Assembly: GCA_947629935.1 (NCBI GenBank)
Contig: CANRFQ010000001.1
Coordinates: 22,444-86,443, forward strand
Length of the DNA stretch: 64,000 nucleotides
Reading direction: 5' to 3'
DNA from: an uncultured Bacilli bacterium
Lineage (GTDB): Bacteria > Bacillota_I > Bacilli_A > RF39 > UBA660
The notes below the pieces were generated by a model, which was not told the origin of the DNA, searched no databases, and was given only the letters and a program-made list of their open reading frames with translations. Shown here in pieces: positions 8,693 to 18,709 of the stretch (its first letter is position 1; each line of letters begins with the position of its first letter). Both the position numbers and the translations under genes were made by a program.

Positions 8693-10045
8693 CTATTGTT
8701 CATCTATCTCAGCTGTTACAACTCCAACGAAGGTTCGCCCGGCATCAATATTTTGTTCAGTATTTGTTCCTTCTAGGACAAATGATAAGGTATAGCTTTG
8801 TGTAACATGCGCAGGAATAGTTATACTTCTTTGAATTACACCATTAGATTTAGGTACCGGCCTAAAATCCTGACTAATTCCTCCATTTGTTCCTGTAATT
8901 TTATATTTCAAATGATCTGTTTGAAAATCATTAGAAACATTGGTCCAAACTAAGCGATATTTTAAGTTATAATCAGATTCATTTCTAATAGTAAAATGTC
9001 TATCTTCAATATCTACATGGTCAGGCATATCATTAGGTAAGACATTTATACTTGGAGCTCCAGAGCCCGAATAAGCAATAACTAAATTAGCAGTGACAGT
9101 TACTTCTGAATCTGGTGACCCACCAGGAGTTGGTGATGATCCTTCAGTACTTGATGATGGTCCAGTAACTGATGATGGACCACTCTGTTTTGAAGAATCT
9201 ACGACTTCTTCTTTATTTTTTTCCGTTTCTAAACATCTTTCCGTACATTTTCCTATTCCTTGCGGATCGAGAAGAATATCAGGAATTCCATCTCCATCTA
9301 AATCAAGATTTAAATCCGGTTTACCATCCCTATCAATATCAATGTCAACATCCGCTTTGCCATCTCCATCTAGATCAACATTAGTATCAGGCCAGCCATT
9401 ACCATTAACATCACAGTTTAGACTACATGTTTTCCTTTTTTCTGGTGTTGTGGCATCATGAACAAGATTAAAATCCGCTTTGCCATCTTTATTTTTGTCT
9501 AAATTGAATACGGCTTTTCTATTACCTTTATAATCAATATTCAAATCCGGAATGTTATCTTTATTTATATCAATATTTATATCGTTCCTACCATCTTTAT
9601 TATTATCAATATTTAAATCCGAAATACCATCTTTATCGATATCTTTATTGAGATACCTTTTTTCAATGTAACTTAACGTTACATACATAGTTCCTATAGA
9701 TGTTGCTAAAAAAGTAGCTAAAAATAATAGCAACAAAACAAAACTTTTTTTACGACTTTCAAAACGAAAACTTAAAACATTACTATTTTTTTCGACAGCT
9801 AAATCTTTTGGTAAATACACAATTTGGTCATGCTCTTTATCAATAAGCTCTACACAACTCATAACCCAAGAATTCTTTATATCCGTATTAGGATAAGCAT
9901 CTTGTAATACAGATCTTACCATATCAAATTGTTCATTTTTTAATTCTTTTTTTAAATCATCAAGGTTAATGAATTTTTCTTTAAATTTTTTGTTTACAAA
10001 AATATTTTTATCTTCAGAACTTTTCATTTTATTTCCTACTTTCAT
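8693..10045 (-). CDS. Single-pass membrane protein with thrombospondin-type-3-like calcium-binding Asp repeats, a Ser/Pro/Gly-rich linker and a C-terminal beta-rich domain (a start at the second ATG, 10027, is likely)
   Basis: Repeated DxDxDGxxD units (NIDNNKDGRND, NLDKNKDGKAD, VDLDGDGKADVDIDIDRDGKPDLNLDLDGDGIPD). TM segment FVLLLLFLATFLATSIGTMYV. The GC-rich linker encodes SSKQSGPSSVTGPSSSTEGSSPTPGGSPDS. An RBS precedes the second ATG. Confidence 0.7.
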   Translation of the reverse strand: MKVGNKMKSSEDKNIFVNKKFKEKFINLDDLKKELKNEQFDMVRSVLQDAYPNTDIKNSWVMSCVELIDKEHDQIVYLPKDLAVEKNSNVLSFRFESRKKSFVLLLLFLATFLATSIGTMYVTLSYIEKRYLNKDIDKDGISDLNIDNNKDGRNDINIDINKDNIPDLNIDYKGNRKAVFNLDKNKDGKADFNLVHDATTPEKRKTCSLNCDVNGNGWPDTNVDLDGDGKADVDIDIDRDGKPDLNLDLDGDGIPDILLDPQGIGKCTERCLETEKNKEEVVDSSKQSGPSSVTGPSSSTEGSSPTPGGSPDSEVTVTANLVIAYSGSGAPSINVLPNDMPDHVDIEDRHFTIRNESDYNLKYRLVWTNVSNDFQTDHLKYKITGTNGGISQDFRPVPKSNGVIQRSITIPAHVTQSYTLSFVLEGTNTEQNIDAGRTFVGVVTAEIDEQ

Positions 10046-10127
10046 ATTTTTTACTTTACGATAAGTATATCAAATAAATATTATATTTTCAATTTTCTTT
10101 ATAAAAAAAACAAGTTTTTTTACTTGT

Positions 10128-11654
10128 TTATACTATTCTTTCAAATAGAATTTTTGGTTCATTTAATTTATCTTTTGGTCTTAGACCATCAAAAGAATTT
10201 AGGGAAGCTAAATCATTTTTTGTCGTATTCAATTGATTAAATATATTCTGTGCTGTTTGTGGAATAAAAGGCTGTAATAAAACTGCACAAATACGAATAG
10301 ATTCTAAAAGATTGTATAATACTGTTCCCAATCTTGTTTTTTTATTTTCATCTTTCGCTAAAGTCCACGGTGTCACTTCATCAATATATTTATTACATTT
10401 TCTTAATACATTAAATATTTCATCAATGCTTTCACCAATTCTAAGTTCTTCCATCTTTTGAGCAACTACATCTTTTAAAGCTAGTGCACTATTAATTAAA
10501 TCATTATCAATATCTTCTTTTGCAACTGGTTTTTGAATTATACCATCAAAATATTTATAAGCCATCGATATAGTCCTATTTACTAAATTTCCTAAAATAT
10601 TAGCTAAATCCGAATTATGTCTTTCCACAATTAATTCATCGGTTATATTGCCATCAGCGGCGTAAGGTATTTCATGTAAAACATAATATCTAATAGTATC
10701 TAAACCGTATTTTTGAACTAAATCATCAGCATACATAATATTACCTTTAGACTTACTCATTTTGTCATTGCCAAATAATAACCATGGATGACCAAATACT
10801 TGTTTTGGTAAAGGTAAATCTAAAGCCATTAAAATAATTGGCCAATAAATAGTATGGAAACGAACAATATCTTTTCCTATTAAATGTAAGTCAGCTGGCC
10901 ATAATTTTTGAAATTCCGGATGAGAATTATCAACTTCATAACCAATATTAGTTATATAGTTTGATAAAGCATCAATCCAAACATATACAATATGTTTATC
11001 ATCGAAAGTAACAGGTATTCCCCATTTAAAAGAAGTACGCGAAACACATAAATCTTGTAAACCAGGGCGCAAAAAATTATTAATCATTTCATTTTTACGA
11101 GCTTCCGGTTTAATAAATTCCGGATGAGATTCTATATATTCTATTAAACGGTCTTGATATTTAGACAAGCGCAAAAAATAAGCTTCTTCACTAGTTTCAT
11201 GAACTTCTCGCCCGCAATCCGGACACTTACCATCTATAAGTTGAGATTCTGTCCAAAAAGATTCACAAGGAGTACAATATAATCCCGTATATTCCCCTTT
11301 ATAAATATCCCCTTGATCGTATAATTTTTTAAAAATATCTTGGACTTTTCTTTCATGCTCTTTATCTGTAGTTCTAACAAACTTATCATATGTCGTATCC
11401 ATAATATCCCAGATTTTTTTAATTTCACCCGCGATATTATCAACATATTCTTGGGGAGTTATCCCACATTCTTTCGCTTTTTGTTCAATTTTTTCCCCAT
11501 GTTCATCAGTTCCTGTTTGAAAATAAACATCATAACCACAAAGTCTTTTATAACGGGCAATAGCATCCGCCAAAACAATTTCATAAGTATTGCCAATATG
11601 AGGTTTTGCTGAAGTATAAGCAATTGCTGTTGATATATAATATTTTTCTTTCAT
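10128..11654 (-). CDS. metG: Methionyl-tRNA synthetase (short form lacking the C-terminal tRNA-binding domain)
   Basis: HIGN (PHIGNTYE) and KMSKS (DKMSKSKGN) class I motifs plus a CPDC zinc knuckle. RBS AGGAGAAAG. Confidence 0.9.
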   Translation of the reverse strand: MKEKYYISTAIAYTSAKPHIGNTYEIVLADAIARYKRLCGYDVYFQTGTDEHGEKIEQKAKECGITPQEYVDNIAGEIKKIWDIMDTTYDKFVRTTDKEHERKVQDIFKKLYDQGDIYKGEYTGLYCTPCESFWTESQLIDGKCPDCGREVHETSEEAYFLRLSKYQDRLIEYIESHPEFIKPEARKNEMINNFLRPGLQDLCVSRTSFKWGIPVTFDDKHIVYVWIDALSNYITNIGYEVDNSHPEFQKLWPADLHLIGKDIVRFHTIYWPIILMALDLPLPKQVFGHPWLLFGNDKMSKSKGNIMYADDLVQKYGLDTIRYYVLHEIPYAADGNITDELIVERHNSDLANILGNLVNRTISMAYKYFDGIIQKPVAKEDIDNDLINSALALKDVVAQKMEELRIGESIDEIFNVLRKCNKYIDEVTPWTLAKDENKKTRLGTVLYNLLESIRICAVLLQPFIPQTAQNIFNQLNTTKNDLASLNSFDGLRPKDKLNEPKILFERIV

Positions 11655-11664
11655 ATTCTTTCTC

Positions 11665-12093
11665 CTATCTTTTATAAATTCTTTTATTAAGATAATTATC
11701 TAGGATTTTAAGGGAAGGTTCACAAGTATTGTCTGGTAAGTTATCTAAAGGAAAATACGCATAAGCTACATGCTCCAAGGAAGACCCTAAATCAATTTTA
11801 CCAGATACTTTTAAAGCAATAAAACCGATTGTTACAAAATGGGTGTAAGAATTAATATCATCAGTTATTGAAATTATTTTTAAATCATCAACATCTAAAT
11901 TAGTTTCCTCTTTCACTTTTCTTTGGACTGCATCTTCTAAAATTTCTCCATATTTTACCTTTCCGGCAGGAAGAGTCCATGTCCCTTCTAAATGCATATC
12001 ACTATCGGCTAGTTCTGGATTTTCATTTCGTAAAATGAGTAAAACCTTATTCTCTTTATTTAATATAATTACCCCTATACCAACACCCGGCAT
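11665..12093 (-). CDS. NUDIX hydrolase
   Basis: Nudix box GKVKYGEILEDAVQRKVKEETNL. Likely co-transcribed with metG (10-nt gap). Confidence 0.8.
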   Translation of the reverse strand: MPGVGIGVIILNKENKVLLILRNENPELADSDMHLEGTWTLPAGKVKYGEILEDAVQRKVKEETNLDVDDLKIISITDDINSYTHFVTIGFIALKVSGKIDLGSSLEHVAYAYFPLDNLPDNTCEPSLKILDNYLNKRIYKR

Positions 12094-12191
12094 AATACCA
12101 CCTTCACAAATCGCCAGTTAAATTATACCATTACTCCGTTTATTAAGCAATTTTTATTTAGGTAAAATAACTGTAAATAAAATCACTAAAA

Positions 12192-12449
12192 ATGTTAAAA
12201 ACTAATAAAGATTGCGTTATAATTTTTTTAAAGGGATTGATTATAATGATTATTGCTATTAATTTTGAAAAATTAGAAGAAACATTAGGGAACTTTTTTG
12301 GTAAAATCGGGAAATTCTTTGTTGATGCTTTTAACGTAGTGATAGGAGCTTTTGATAAATTCTTTCCTCATGAAGTAACAATCATCATTTTAATTACTTT
12401 AGCAGCTTTTATTGCTATTTATATCTTTACACAAAAAATTAATAAATAA
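12192..12449 (+). CDS. Small hypothetical membrane protein (start possibly at the internal ATG 12246)
   Basis: One C-terminal TM helix. Weak translation signals. Confidence 0.35.
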   Translation: MLKTNKDCVIIFLKGLIIMIIAINFEKLEETLGNFFGKIGKFFVDAFNVVIGAFDKFFPHEVTIIILITLAAFIAIYIFTQKINK

Positions 12450-12501
12450 TTAATTTTTTTTTGCTCTATAAATTATATGTTCCAAAATACATATAATTAT
12501 A

Positions 12502-13038
12502 ATGGTGATATTTGTGATATATAATATGATTAATGGAATTCAAATTAATTTAGATATTCCCTATCCTCCTATTGGAGATTTAAAACCTAATGTAAAATTA
12601 GCTTATAAATTAAAAGAGGCTTACGCCGGACCTATTAGTGAACTTTCTTGTATAACTAAATATATATTTGAACATATTAACTTTAATAGTGATATTACCG
12701 AGATTAAAACTGTTTTAAAAAAAATTGCTATTATTGAAATGAAACATTTAGATATCTTAGGAACTATGATTAAAAAATTAGGAATTTCTCCTACTTATAC
12801 TACATTTAATTCGGTTGACAATGAAAGTTATTGGCAAAGTAATCTCATTAGTTATGAAACTGATTTAACTAAATGTCTCAGAGAAAATATTAGGGATGAA
12901 CAAACAGCCATTAATCTTTATAAACAAATAATTATAGAAGCCAAAGATGAGAATATAACCAAAATTTTAAAAAGAATTATTTTAGATGAAGAAAATCATA
13001 TTAAAATTTTTCAATCTATCTTAAATAATTTAATTTAA
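12502..13038 (+). CDS. Ferritin-like / rubrerythrin-Mn-catalase-like four-helix-bundle protein (CotJC-related fold)
   Basis: Two ExxH motifs (IIEMKHLD, LDEENHIKIF) and an AYAGPISEL segment resembling the N-terminus of the Mn-catalase/CotJC family. Start codon uncertain. Confidence 0.5.
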   Translation: MVIFVIYNMINGIQINLDIPYPPIGDLKPNVKLAYKLKEAYAGPISELSCITKYIFEHINFNSDITEIKTVLKKIAIIEMKHLDILGTMIKKLGISPTYTTFNSVDNESYWQSNLISYETDLTKCLRENIRDEQTAINLYKQIIIEAKDENITKILKRIILDEENHIKIFQSILNNLI

Positions 13039-14518
13039 TTAATTTTTTTAGTTCTTTTACAAAAATTGATTCATTTTCTTTATTAACATAAAGATAAACC
13101 CGATTCTTACTCCTTGTTAAAGCCACATAAAAAAGACGTCGTTCTTCAGCATAGGGATAATTATCTTGTTGATTTATATATTCCAAAAGGGGCTCTTCAA
13201 CTACTTGTGAAGGAAATCCATATTTACTATTTTCTAAATTAATAATAATCACATTATCGCTTTCTAAACCTTTAGCTTTATGTACTGTTAAAAAACGAAT
13301 TTCATTTAGAGATTTTTCCTTGCAAGTAATATAACCTTTACTATCAACATTAAACTTTTGCAAATCTAAATATTTTTTTATATCAAAATTATTGCGTCCT
13401 AAAATAAATAAAGATCCTTGAGTAGTTAATTTTTCAATTAAATTGGTAAAATCATTTTTTTGTTCTTTATAATAAATAATAATGATAGGATTTTCGATAT
13501 TTTTTATGGCTTGCAATTCTTTTTTTAATTGAAAGGGATTTTTATTAATAAATTGACCAGCAATATTTATTAAACTTTGCGGATTACGATAAGTGTGCGT
13601 AATATTTAAAATGTTGCTATTTTTAAAATACTGCTTAAAATTTAGAAAAATGGCCAAAGAACACCCATTAAATCGATAAATAGATTGCCAGTCATCCCCA
13701 ACCACCATTAATTTGGCCTGAAGATGAGTACACAATTTATTTAAAAGTTCATAACGCAGATAAGAAGTATCTTGATATTCATCAACAATAATATATTTAT
13801 ATTTTGGCAAAAATGTTTCATCATTTTTAATGGCTAGAGATATCATATCATTAAAATCAATCGTCTGGCGGGAAAATAATTCTTTTTCATATTCTAAATA
13901 TAAAGCATAAATAACAATTAATAAAAATCTATCTTTTTTTCTAAGTGGTTGAAAGATAAAAATTTTTAAATCGGAAGGATTATAATGATTTGCCTTAGCT
14001 AAATTTATAAATCTACTAATAGTCTTTAATAAGGTAAAATAGTTTTCTTTTTTTAAAAATCTTTGGTATTTTTTTAAATAATTGTGTTTATTAAACAAGA
14101 TTTTATAATATCGTAAGATACATTTAATTAAAAAAGGATAATTAAAAATTTTTGTATTTAAAAAGATCTTTATGATATCTTCCAATTCCTCTTCTGTTGT
14201 AATTTTTAATTCATTATCTTTTAAAATATTTAAAGCTAGCTTATGAAAAGTTAAAACATCTATATCATAATCATAATTAATCTTCAATTTATTTTTTAAG
14301 GAATTAGTCGCTTCATTTGTAAAAGATATACATAAAATATCTTCTTGATTTAATTTTTTAACTTCAATTAAATAACGAATCTTGCCAATAATTGTTAGCG
14401 TTTTCCCCGCCCCGGCAGCGGCAATAACTAACAAATAATGGCTGTTATCTTTTACCACTTTTTGCTGCTGTTCATCTAATGCATACCCGCATATATTTGA
14501 TAATATATTATTAGTCAT
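13016..14518 (-). CDS. UvrD/Rep/PcrA-family superfamily-1 helicase (short, 500 aa)
   Basis: Walker A AAGAGKT, DExQD-type Walker B (VDEYQDTS), and motifs V/VI (TVHKAKGLE, VALTRSK). RBS GAAGGAGAG. The 3' end overlaps the convergent 12502..13038 ORF by 23 nt. Confidence 0.8.
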   Translation of the reverse strand: MTNNILSNICGYALDEQQQKVVKDNSHYLLVIAAAGAGKTLTIIGKIRYLIEVKKLNQEDILCISFTNEATNSLKNKLKINYDYDIDVLTFHKLALNILKDNELKITTEEELEDIIKIFLNTKIFNYPFLIKCILRYYKILFNKHNYLKKYQRFLKKENYFTLLKTISRFINLAKANHYNPSDLKIFIFQPLRKKDRFLLIVIYALYLEYEKELFSRQTIDFNDMISLAIKNDETFLPKYKYIIVDEYQDTSYLRYELLNKLCTHLQAKLMVVGDDWQSIYRFNGCSLAIFLNFKQYFKNSNILNITHTYRNPQSLINIAGQFINKNPFQLKKELQAIKNIENPIIIIYYKEQKNDFTNLIEKLTTQGSLFILGRNNFDIKKYLDLQKFNVDSKGYITCKEKSLNEIRFLTVHKAKGLESDNVIIINLENSKYGFPSQVVEEPLLEYINQQDNYPYAEERRLFYVALTRSKNRVYLYVNKENESIFVKELKKLIKLNYLR

Positions 14519-14585
14519 AATCTCTCCTTCTAATTAATATATTATCCTTAAAAATTAGATTTCCTTGTTTCATAAAAAAAGATGA

Positions 14586-14882
14586 TTAATTTTCATCATC
14601 ATCTTCAAAGCTAATATTTCCCGCTTCAATATCTAAAGCCATATCTAGTAAGTCTGTTGTAAAGACCGTATGCAGAAATTCTTTAATTTCTTCATCCATA
14701 ACAATTTCCATGTAAGTATCTTCACCTTCAACAGTTTCTTCAAAGTATTCGTACTCACTTGTTGTTTTTTCATCAGGAGTTAATTTATTAGCATAAAAGA
14801 ATTTATGTCCTTCTTGCATAGTATCCATTAATAATAAGTATTTCTCATTATCCTCTAGCGTTATTATTTGCCCCTTTTTCAT
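14586..14882 (-). CDS. Small acidic protein, DUF1292(YrzB)-like
   Basis: 98 aa, very acidic C-terminus. The start overlaps the upstream stop (ATGA coupling). It resembles the second DUF1292-like ORF at 40334..40597. Confidence 0.5.
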   Translation of the reverse strand: MKKGQIITLEDNEKYLLLMDTMQEGHKFFYANKLTPDEKTTSEYEYFEETVEGEDTYMEIVMDEEIKEFLHTVFTTDLLDMALDIEAGNISFEDDDEN

Positions 14883-16429
14883 CTAGTTCTTCCTCCAAAC
14901 TTAAGCTCATAAATATAGCTTATCTCATCATATAATTGTTTAGCTTCATCGACATTATTAATCATAAAATATTCACCATTAATATCTATTTCTTGCGGTT
15001 CAGTTTTATCTGTCCATTTTTTGATTAATTTATTTAATTTACGAATAGCTTTTTTACAAGATCTTTTATTTAATGATTCAAAATTATCTTTATCATTAAT
15101 AGGATTATTTAAATTTTGACGATATTCTTGTTCTCCCGCCGCTATATTAAATAATTCTTCAATTTGTTCTAATGATAAATCTTTATATTCTGAAGGTATT
15201 TCTCCACTATCTAAAATTGCTTCTAATTCGGATATTTTATTTTCTAATTCTTCGTCTGTTAAAGTTTCAAAATTATATGCTGGTGGTAAAGATTCAGGTT
15301 CTTCTTTTTTATGATCTTTTACACGTTTTTTAGCCCATTTAATTAAACGTTTACCGCCTTTAAATAATCCATAGCCAGCACCTGCTAAAACAGCAGCTCC
15401 TGCCATATTTCCTAAAACAACTTCTAACATATTCATATTATTAACTGCCTTAGAGCCAATAGTCCAAAGACCACTCGCCAAATCAAAATTGCCAGCTCCT
15501 AACTTACCAATCAAGAAATCATTAATAGAATGAAGAGCTCCACCTAAACCAATATTATGTAAAGGTCCCCACATAGAACTAACAATACGCGCAGGAATTG
15601 CTAGAGGTGTGCCATAAACTACACAAGACCCAACTATACCTGCTAAAGCAACTGCTGCTATAATAGCTTCTTTTTTATGATTTTTAATATAAGGAACAGC
15701 TTTATCTTTGACAAATTCAACCGTAAAGTCTTTAACTGCTACAACTTTTTTCTTTACTTTTTTAAAACCATTTTTTAATTTACTTAAAATTGATTGATTT
15801 TTCTTTTCATCTCCAGCTTTTTGTTTAGCTTCCAAAGCTTCTAATCGAGCATTTATACTATCATTCTGCAATTTCAATTCTTCATTTTCATCTAAAAGGT
15901 TCTTATAAGCTATTAATAATTCTTCGTGAGTCATTTTTTCAGGACTTGGTTTTTTATTGAACTCATGCCCAATTTGCGAACATAAAGTCTCTATTTCGAC
16001 TAACTTCACTGTAGCTTGATCTTTTTTATCAGGTTGTTCGGCAATTGTAGAATTAATATATTCCTTACTTTTTTCCATATTGCCTTTATATTTTGTTAAA
16101 CCTTCCATAGCCAAATCTAAAGATGCTTGAACATGTGATATTTTTCCATCAATAGTCTGATCTTCAGGATTCTCTTCTTTCTTCTTTGCTAAATCTTTTA
16201 TTTCACGTGTTAATTTAAAATGCTCTAAGGCAATTACACAATATTTAGCATAATTATTGACATAAGTAATAATAGGATTTTCTATAACTCCTGTATAACC
16301 AGCCGAATAAATAAGATCATTTAGTTCATTCGCCTTAGTCACTAGTAAATCTAGCTTATCTGTTGCTTCGTACTTTTCTAAAGTTTTTCTTAATTCCTCA
16401 ATTTCAAATGTTAACATTATAACCACCAT
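14879..16429 (-). CDS. Hypothetical protein with an N-terminal coiled coil, a central Gly/Ala-rich hydrophobic (glycine-zipper-like) region and an acidic C-terminal domain (likely start at the second ATG, ~16417)
   Basis: A coiled-coil heptad region (residues ~150-230), then AIIAAVALAGIVGSCVVYG...GNMAGAAVLAGAGYGLF, then a C-terminal EEL-rich segment. RBS GGTGGT precedes the second ATG. Confidence 0.6.
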   Translation of the reverse strand: MVVIMLTFEIEELRKTLEKYEATDKLDLLVTKANELNDLIYSAGYTGVIENPIITYVNNYAKYCVIALEHFKLTREIKDLAKKKEENPEDQTIDGKISHVQASLDLAMEGLTKYKGNMEKSKEYINSTIAEQPDKKDQATVKLVEIETLCSQIGHEFNKKPSPEKMTHEELLIAYKNLLDENEELKLQNDSINARLEALEAKQKAGDEKKNQSILSKLKNGFKKVKKKVVAVKDFTVEFVKDKAVPYIKNHKKEAIIAAVALAGIVGSCVVYGTPLAIPARIVSSMWGPLHNIGLGGALHSINDFLIGKLGAGNFDLASGLWTIGSKAVNNMNMLEVVLGNMAGAAVLAGAGYGLFKGGKRLIKWAKKRVKDHKKEEPESLPPAYNFETLTDEELENKISELEAILDSGEIPSEYKDLSLEQIEELFNIAAGEQEYRQNLNNPINDKDNFESLNKRSCKKAIRKLNKLIKKWTDKTEPQEIDINGEYFMINNVDEAKQLYDEISYIYELKFGGRTR

Positions 16430-16515
16430 TTCTTTTCAATTCTATTATACTTTAGAATTATAATCATTGTCAATCACATTATAATTCATTGTCAATCCCT
16501 AGTAAATTAAAAATA

Positions 16516-16542
16516 TTAGCACTCTATCTTGACAAGTGCTAA
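16516..16542 (+). promoter_or_regulatory. CIRCE operator (HrcA binding site) TTAGCACTC-N9-AAGTGCTAA upstream of clpB
   Basis: 17/18 match to the CIRCE consensus TTAGCACTC-N9-GAGTGCTAA. It overlaps the -35 TTGACA of the clpB promoter. Confidence 0.8.
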
Positions 16543-16556
16543 TTAAGTGCTATAAT
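16529..16556 (+). promoter_or_regulatory. clpB sigma-A promoter (-35 TTGACA, 16 bp, extended -10 TGcTATAAT)
   Basis: Read directly from the sequence. RBS AAGGAGGG and the ATG at 16580 follow. Confidence 0.6.
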
Positions 16557-16579
16557 ATGTTTACAAGGAGGGATGATGT

Positions 16580-18685
16580 ATGTATAATCAAAATCCAAAT
16601 CAAGAAGAAAATGTTTTAGAAAAGTATGGACGTAATATTGTTGATGGCGTCAAAAATGGGAAAAATGATCCCGTTATTGGTCGTGATGAAGAAATTCGTA
16701 ATATAACTCGTATTTTGTCTCGTAAAACGAAAAACAACCCCGTTTTAATCGGCGACCCTGGCGTTGGAAAAACTGCTATTGTAGAAGGTCTAGCGCAAAG
16801 AATAGTTAAAGGTGATGTACCTGATTCTTTAAAAAATAAAACTATTTGGGAACTTGACATGGGTGCCTTAATTGCGGGAGCTAAGTATCGTGGTGAATTC
16901 GAAGAAAGATTAAAAGCCGTTTTAAAAAAGATTAAAGAATCAGATGGCGAAATAATTATGTTCATCGATGAAATTCACATGATTGTCGGAGCAGGCGCTT
17001 TAGAAGGTGCAATGGATGCCGGTAATATGTTAAAACCGATGCTAGCACGTGGAGAAATTCATTGTATTGGAGCGACGACACTCAATGAATATCGAAAATA
17101 TATTGAAAAAGATGGCGCCTTAGAAAGACGTTTTCAAAAGATTTTAGTTTCCGAACCAAATGTTGAAGATACAATTACTATTTTACGTGGTTTAAAATCT
17201 CGTTTTGAAGTTTATCATGGTGTTACTATTAAAGATAAAGCCTTAGTCGCTGCTGCTTCTTTATCTGATCGTTATATAACTAATCGTTATCTTCCCGATA
17301 AAGCTATCGATTTAGTTGATGAGGCTTGTGCTACTATTAAAGTGCAAATGGAATCTGTCCCTGTTGATTTAGATGTTTTAACCAAAAAAATTATGCAACT
17401 CCAAATCGAACGCGAGGCTTTAAAAAAAGAAAAAGACGAATTATCTAAAAATCGTTTAAGTGAACTTGATGAAGAAATTGCTAAATTACAAGAAAAAGAA
17501 ACGAAACTTCGCGAAGAATGGAATAATGAAAAAAATCTCAGTACTAATATTAATAAGAAAAAAGAAGAACTAGAAAAAGCTAGCCAAGAATTGGAAATCG
17601 CTGAAAGTACTTACGATCTTGAAAAAGCTGCTAAATTAAGACATGGAACTATTCCAAAATTACAAGAAGAATTGGATAAACTCAAAGAAAGTTCCCAAAG
17701 TAAAATTTTAAGTGATGTGGTCGATGATGAATCTATTGCTGCTATTATTTCTAAATGGACCAATATTCCTATCAGCAAATTAGTTAGTGGCGAAAAAGAG
17801 AAACTAATTAATTTACAAACAAACTTAGAAAAACGCGTTAAAGGTCAAGATCAAGCCTTAAAATTAGTAAGCGAAGCCATCATAAGAGCGCGTAGTGGTA
17901 TTAAAGATCCTAATCGTCCTATTGGTTCCTTTATCTTTTTAGGTCCAACAGGCGTAGGAAAAACCGAAGTAGCTCGCAGTCTAGCCTATGAGCTATTTGA
18001 TGATGAACGGCATATGATTCGTATTGATATGAGTGAATACATGGAAGCTCATAGTGTTTCCCGTTTAGTCGGAGCGCCTCCTGGATATATCGGTTATGAT
18101 GAAGGTGGCCAACTAACAGAAGCCGTCCGCCGAAATCCTTATAGCATAGTTTTATTTGACGAAATTGAAAAAGCTCATAAAGATGTTTTTAATATTCTTT
18201 TACAAATTTTGGATGATGGTCGAATTACTGATTCGCAAGGCCGAACTGTTGATTTTAAAAATACTATTATAATTATGACATCTAATTTAGGAAGCGAATA
18301 TATTTTAGAGGCTAAAGAAAATGCTAATGAATTAATTGATATGCAATTACGTCAAACATTTAAACCAGAGTTTATAAATCGAATAGATGAAATAATTATC
18401 TTTAATAGTTTATCTAAAGAAGTAGTTTATAGTATTTTAGACAAAATAATTAAGGATATTGAATCTCGCTTAAGTGATAAACGTTTAAAATTAGAATTAA
18501 CTCAAGAAGCTAAAGATTACATTATAAATTCAGCTTACGATGAACGATATGGAGCTCGTCCCATCAAACGTTTTGTCGCTCGGAATATCGAAACATTAAT
18601 AGCCCAAAATATCATATTAGATAAAATTAAATTTAACTCTACTATTACAATAGACTACCAAAATGCTAATTTAATTGTAAAATAA
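16580..18685 (+). CDS. clpB: ClpB disaggregase chaperone, naturally lacking the N-terminal domain (701 aa; Mollicutes-like architecture)
   Basis: Two AAA+ modules (GDPGVGKT and GPTGVGKT Walker A) and a long coiled-coil M-domain between them. It starts at the region equivalent to ClpB residue ~150. A CIRCE lies upstream. Confidence 0.9.
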   Translation: MYNQNPNQEENVLEKYGRNIVDGVKNGKNDPVIGRDEEIRNITRILSRKTKNNPVLIGDPGVGKTAIVEGLAQRIVKGDVPDSLKNKTIWELDMGALIAGAKYRGEFEERLKAVLKKIKESDGEIIMFIDEIHMIVGAGALEGAMDAGNMLKPMLARGEIHCIGATTLNEYRKYIEKDGALERRFQKILVSEPNVEDTITILRGLKSRFEVYHGVTIKDKALVAAASLSDRYITNRYLPDKAIDLVDEACATIKVQMESVPVDLDVLTKKIMQLQIEREALKKEKDELSKNRLSELDEEIAKLQEKETKLREEWNNEKNLSTNINKKKEELEKASQELEIAESTYDLEKAAKLRHGTIPKLQEELDKLKESSQSKILSDVVDDESIAAIISKWTNIPISKLVSGEKEKLINLQTNLEKRVKGQDQALKLVSEAIIRARSGIKDPNRPIGSFIFLGPTGVGKTEVARSLAYELFDDERHMIRIDMSEYMEAHSVSRLVGAPPGYIGYDEGGQLTEAVRRNPYSIVLFDEIEKAHKDVFNILLQILDDGRITDSQGRTVDFKNTIIIMTSNLGSEYILEAKENANELIDMQLRQTFKPEFINRIDEIIIFNSLSKEVVYSILDKIIKDIESRLSDKRLKLELTQEAKDYIINSAYDERYGARPIKRFVARNIETLIAQNIILDKIKFNSTITIDYQNANLIVK

Positions 18686-18709
18686 AAGACACAACCGTGC
18701 CTTTTATTT

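Noticed and set aside
9093-9461. Plus-strand ORFs 9093..9461 / 9172..9384 and the local GC-rich patch
   Set aside because: Antisense to the TSP3-repeat protein. The GC richness is explained by the Ser/Pro/Gly linker and Asp/Gly repeat codons of the real minus-strand gene, not by foreign DNA.
16600-16965. Minus-strand ORF 16600..16965 and similar antisense ORFs (11234..11446, 11340..11612, 18880..19116, 22085..22303, 27972..28181, 29506..29727, 31113..31295, 35043..35282, 35859..36053, 40442..40630, 43033..43585, 45325..45540, 47157..47390, 49342..49629, 55527..55796, 56382..56651, 57048..57422, 58342..58542, 62488..62760, 63677..63889, 5745..5981, 7906..8091, 21626..21892)
   Set aside because: Each lies fully inside, and antisense to or out of frame with, a well-supported gene (clpB, metG, corA, gpr, mutL, yqeG, kduI, the surface protein, pnp/rpsO, truB, infB, nusA, the ATPase, dnaJ, dnaK, hrcA, rseP). 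None has an RBS or a motif.
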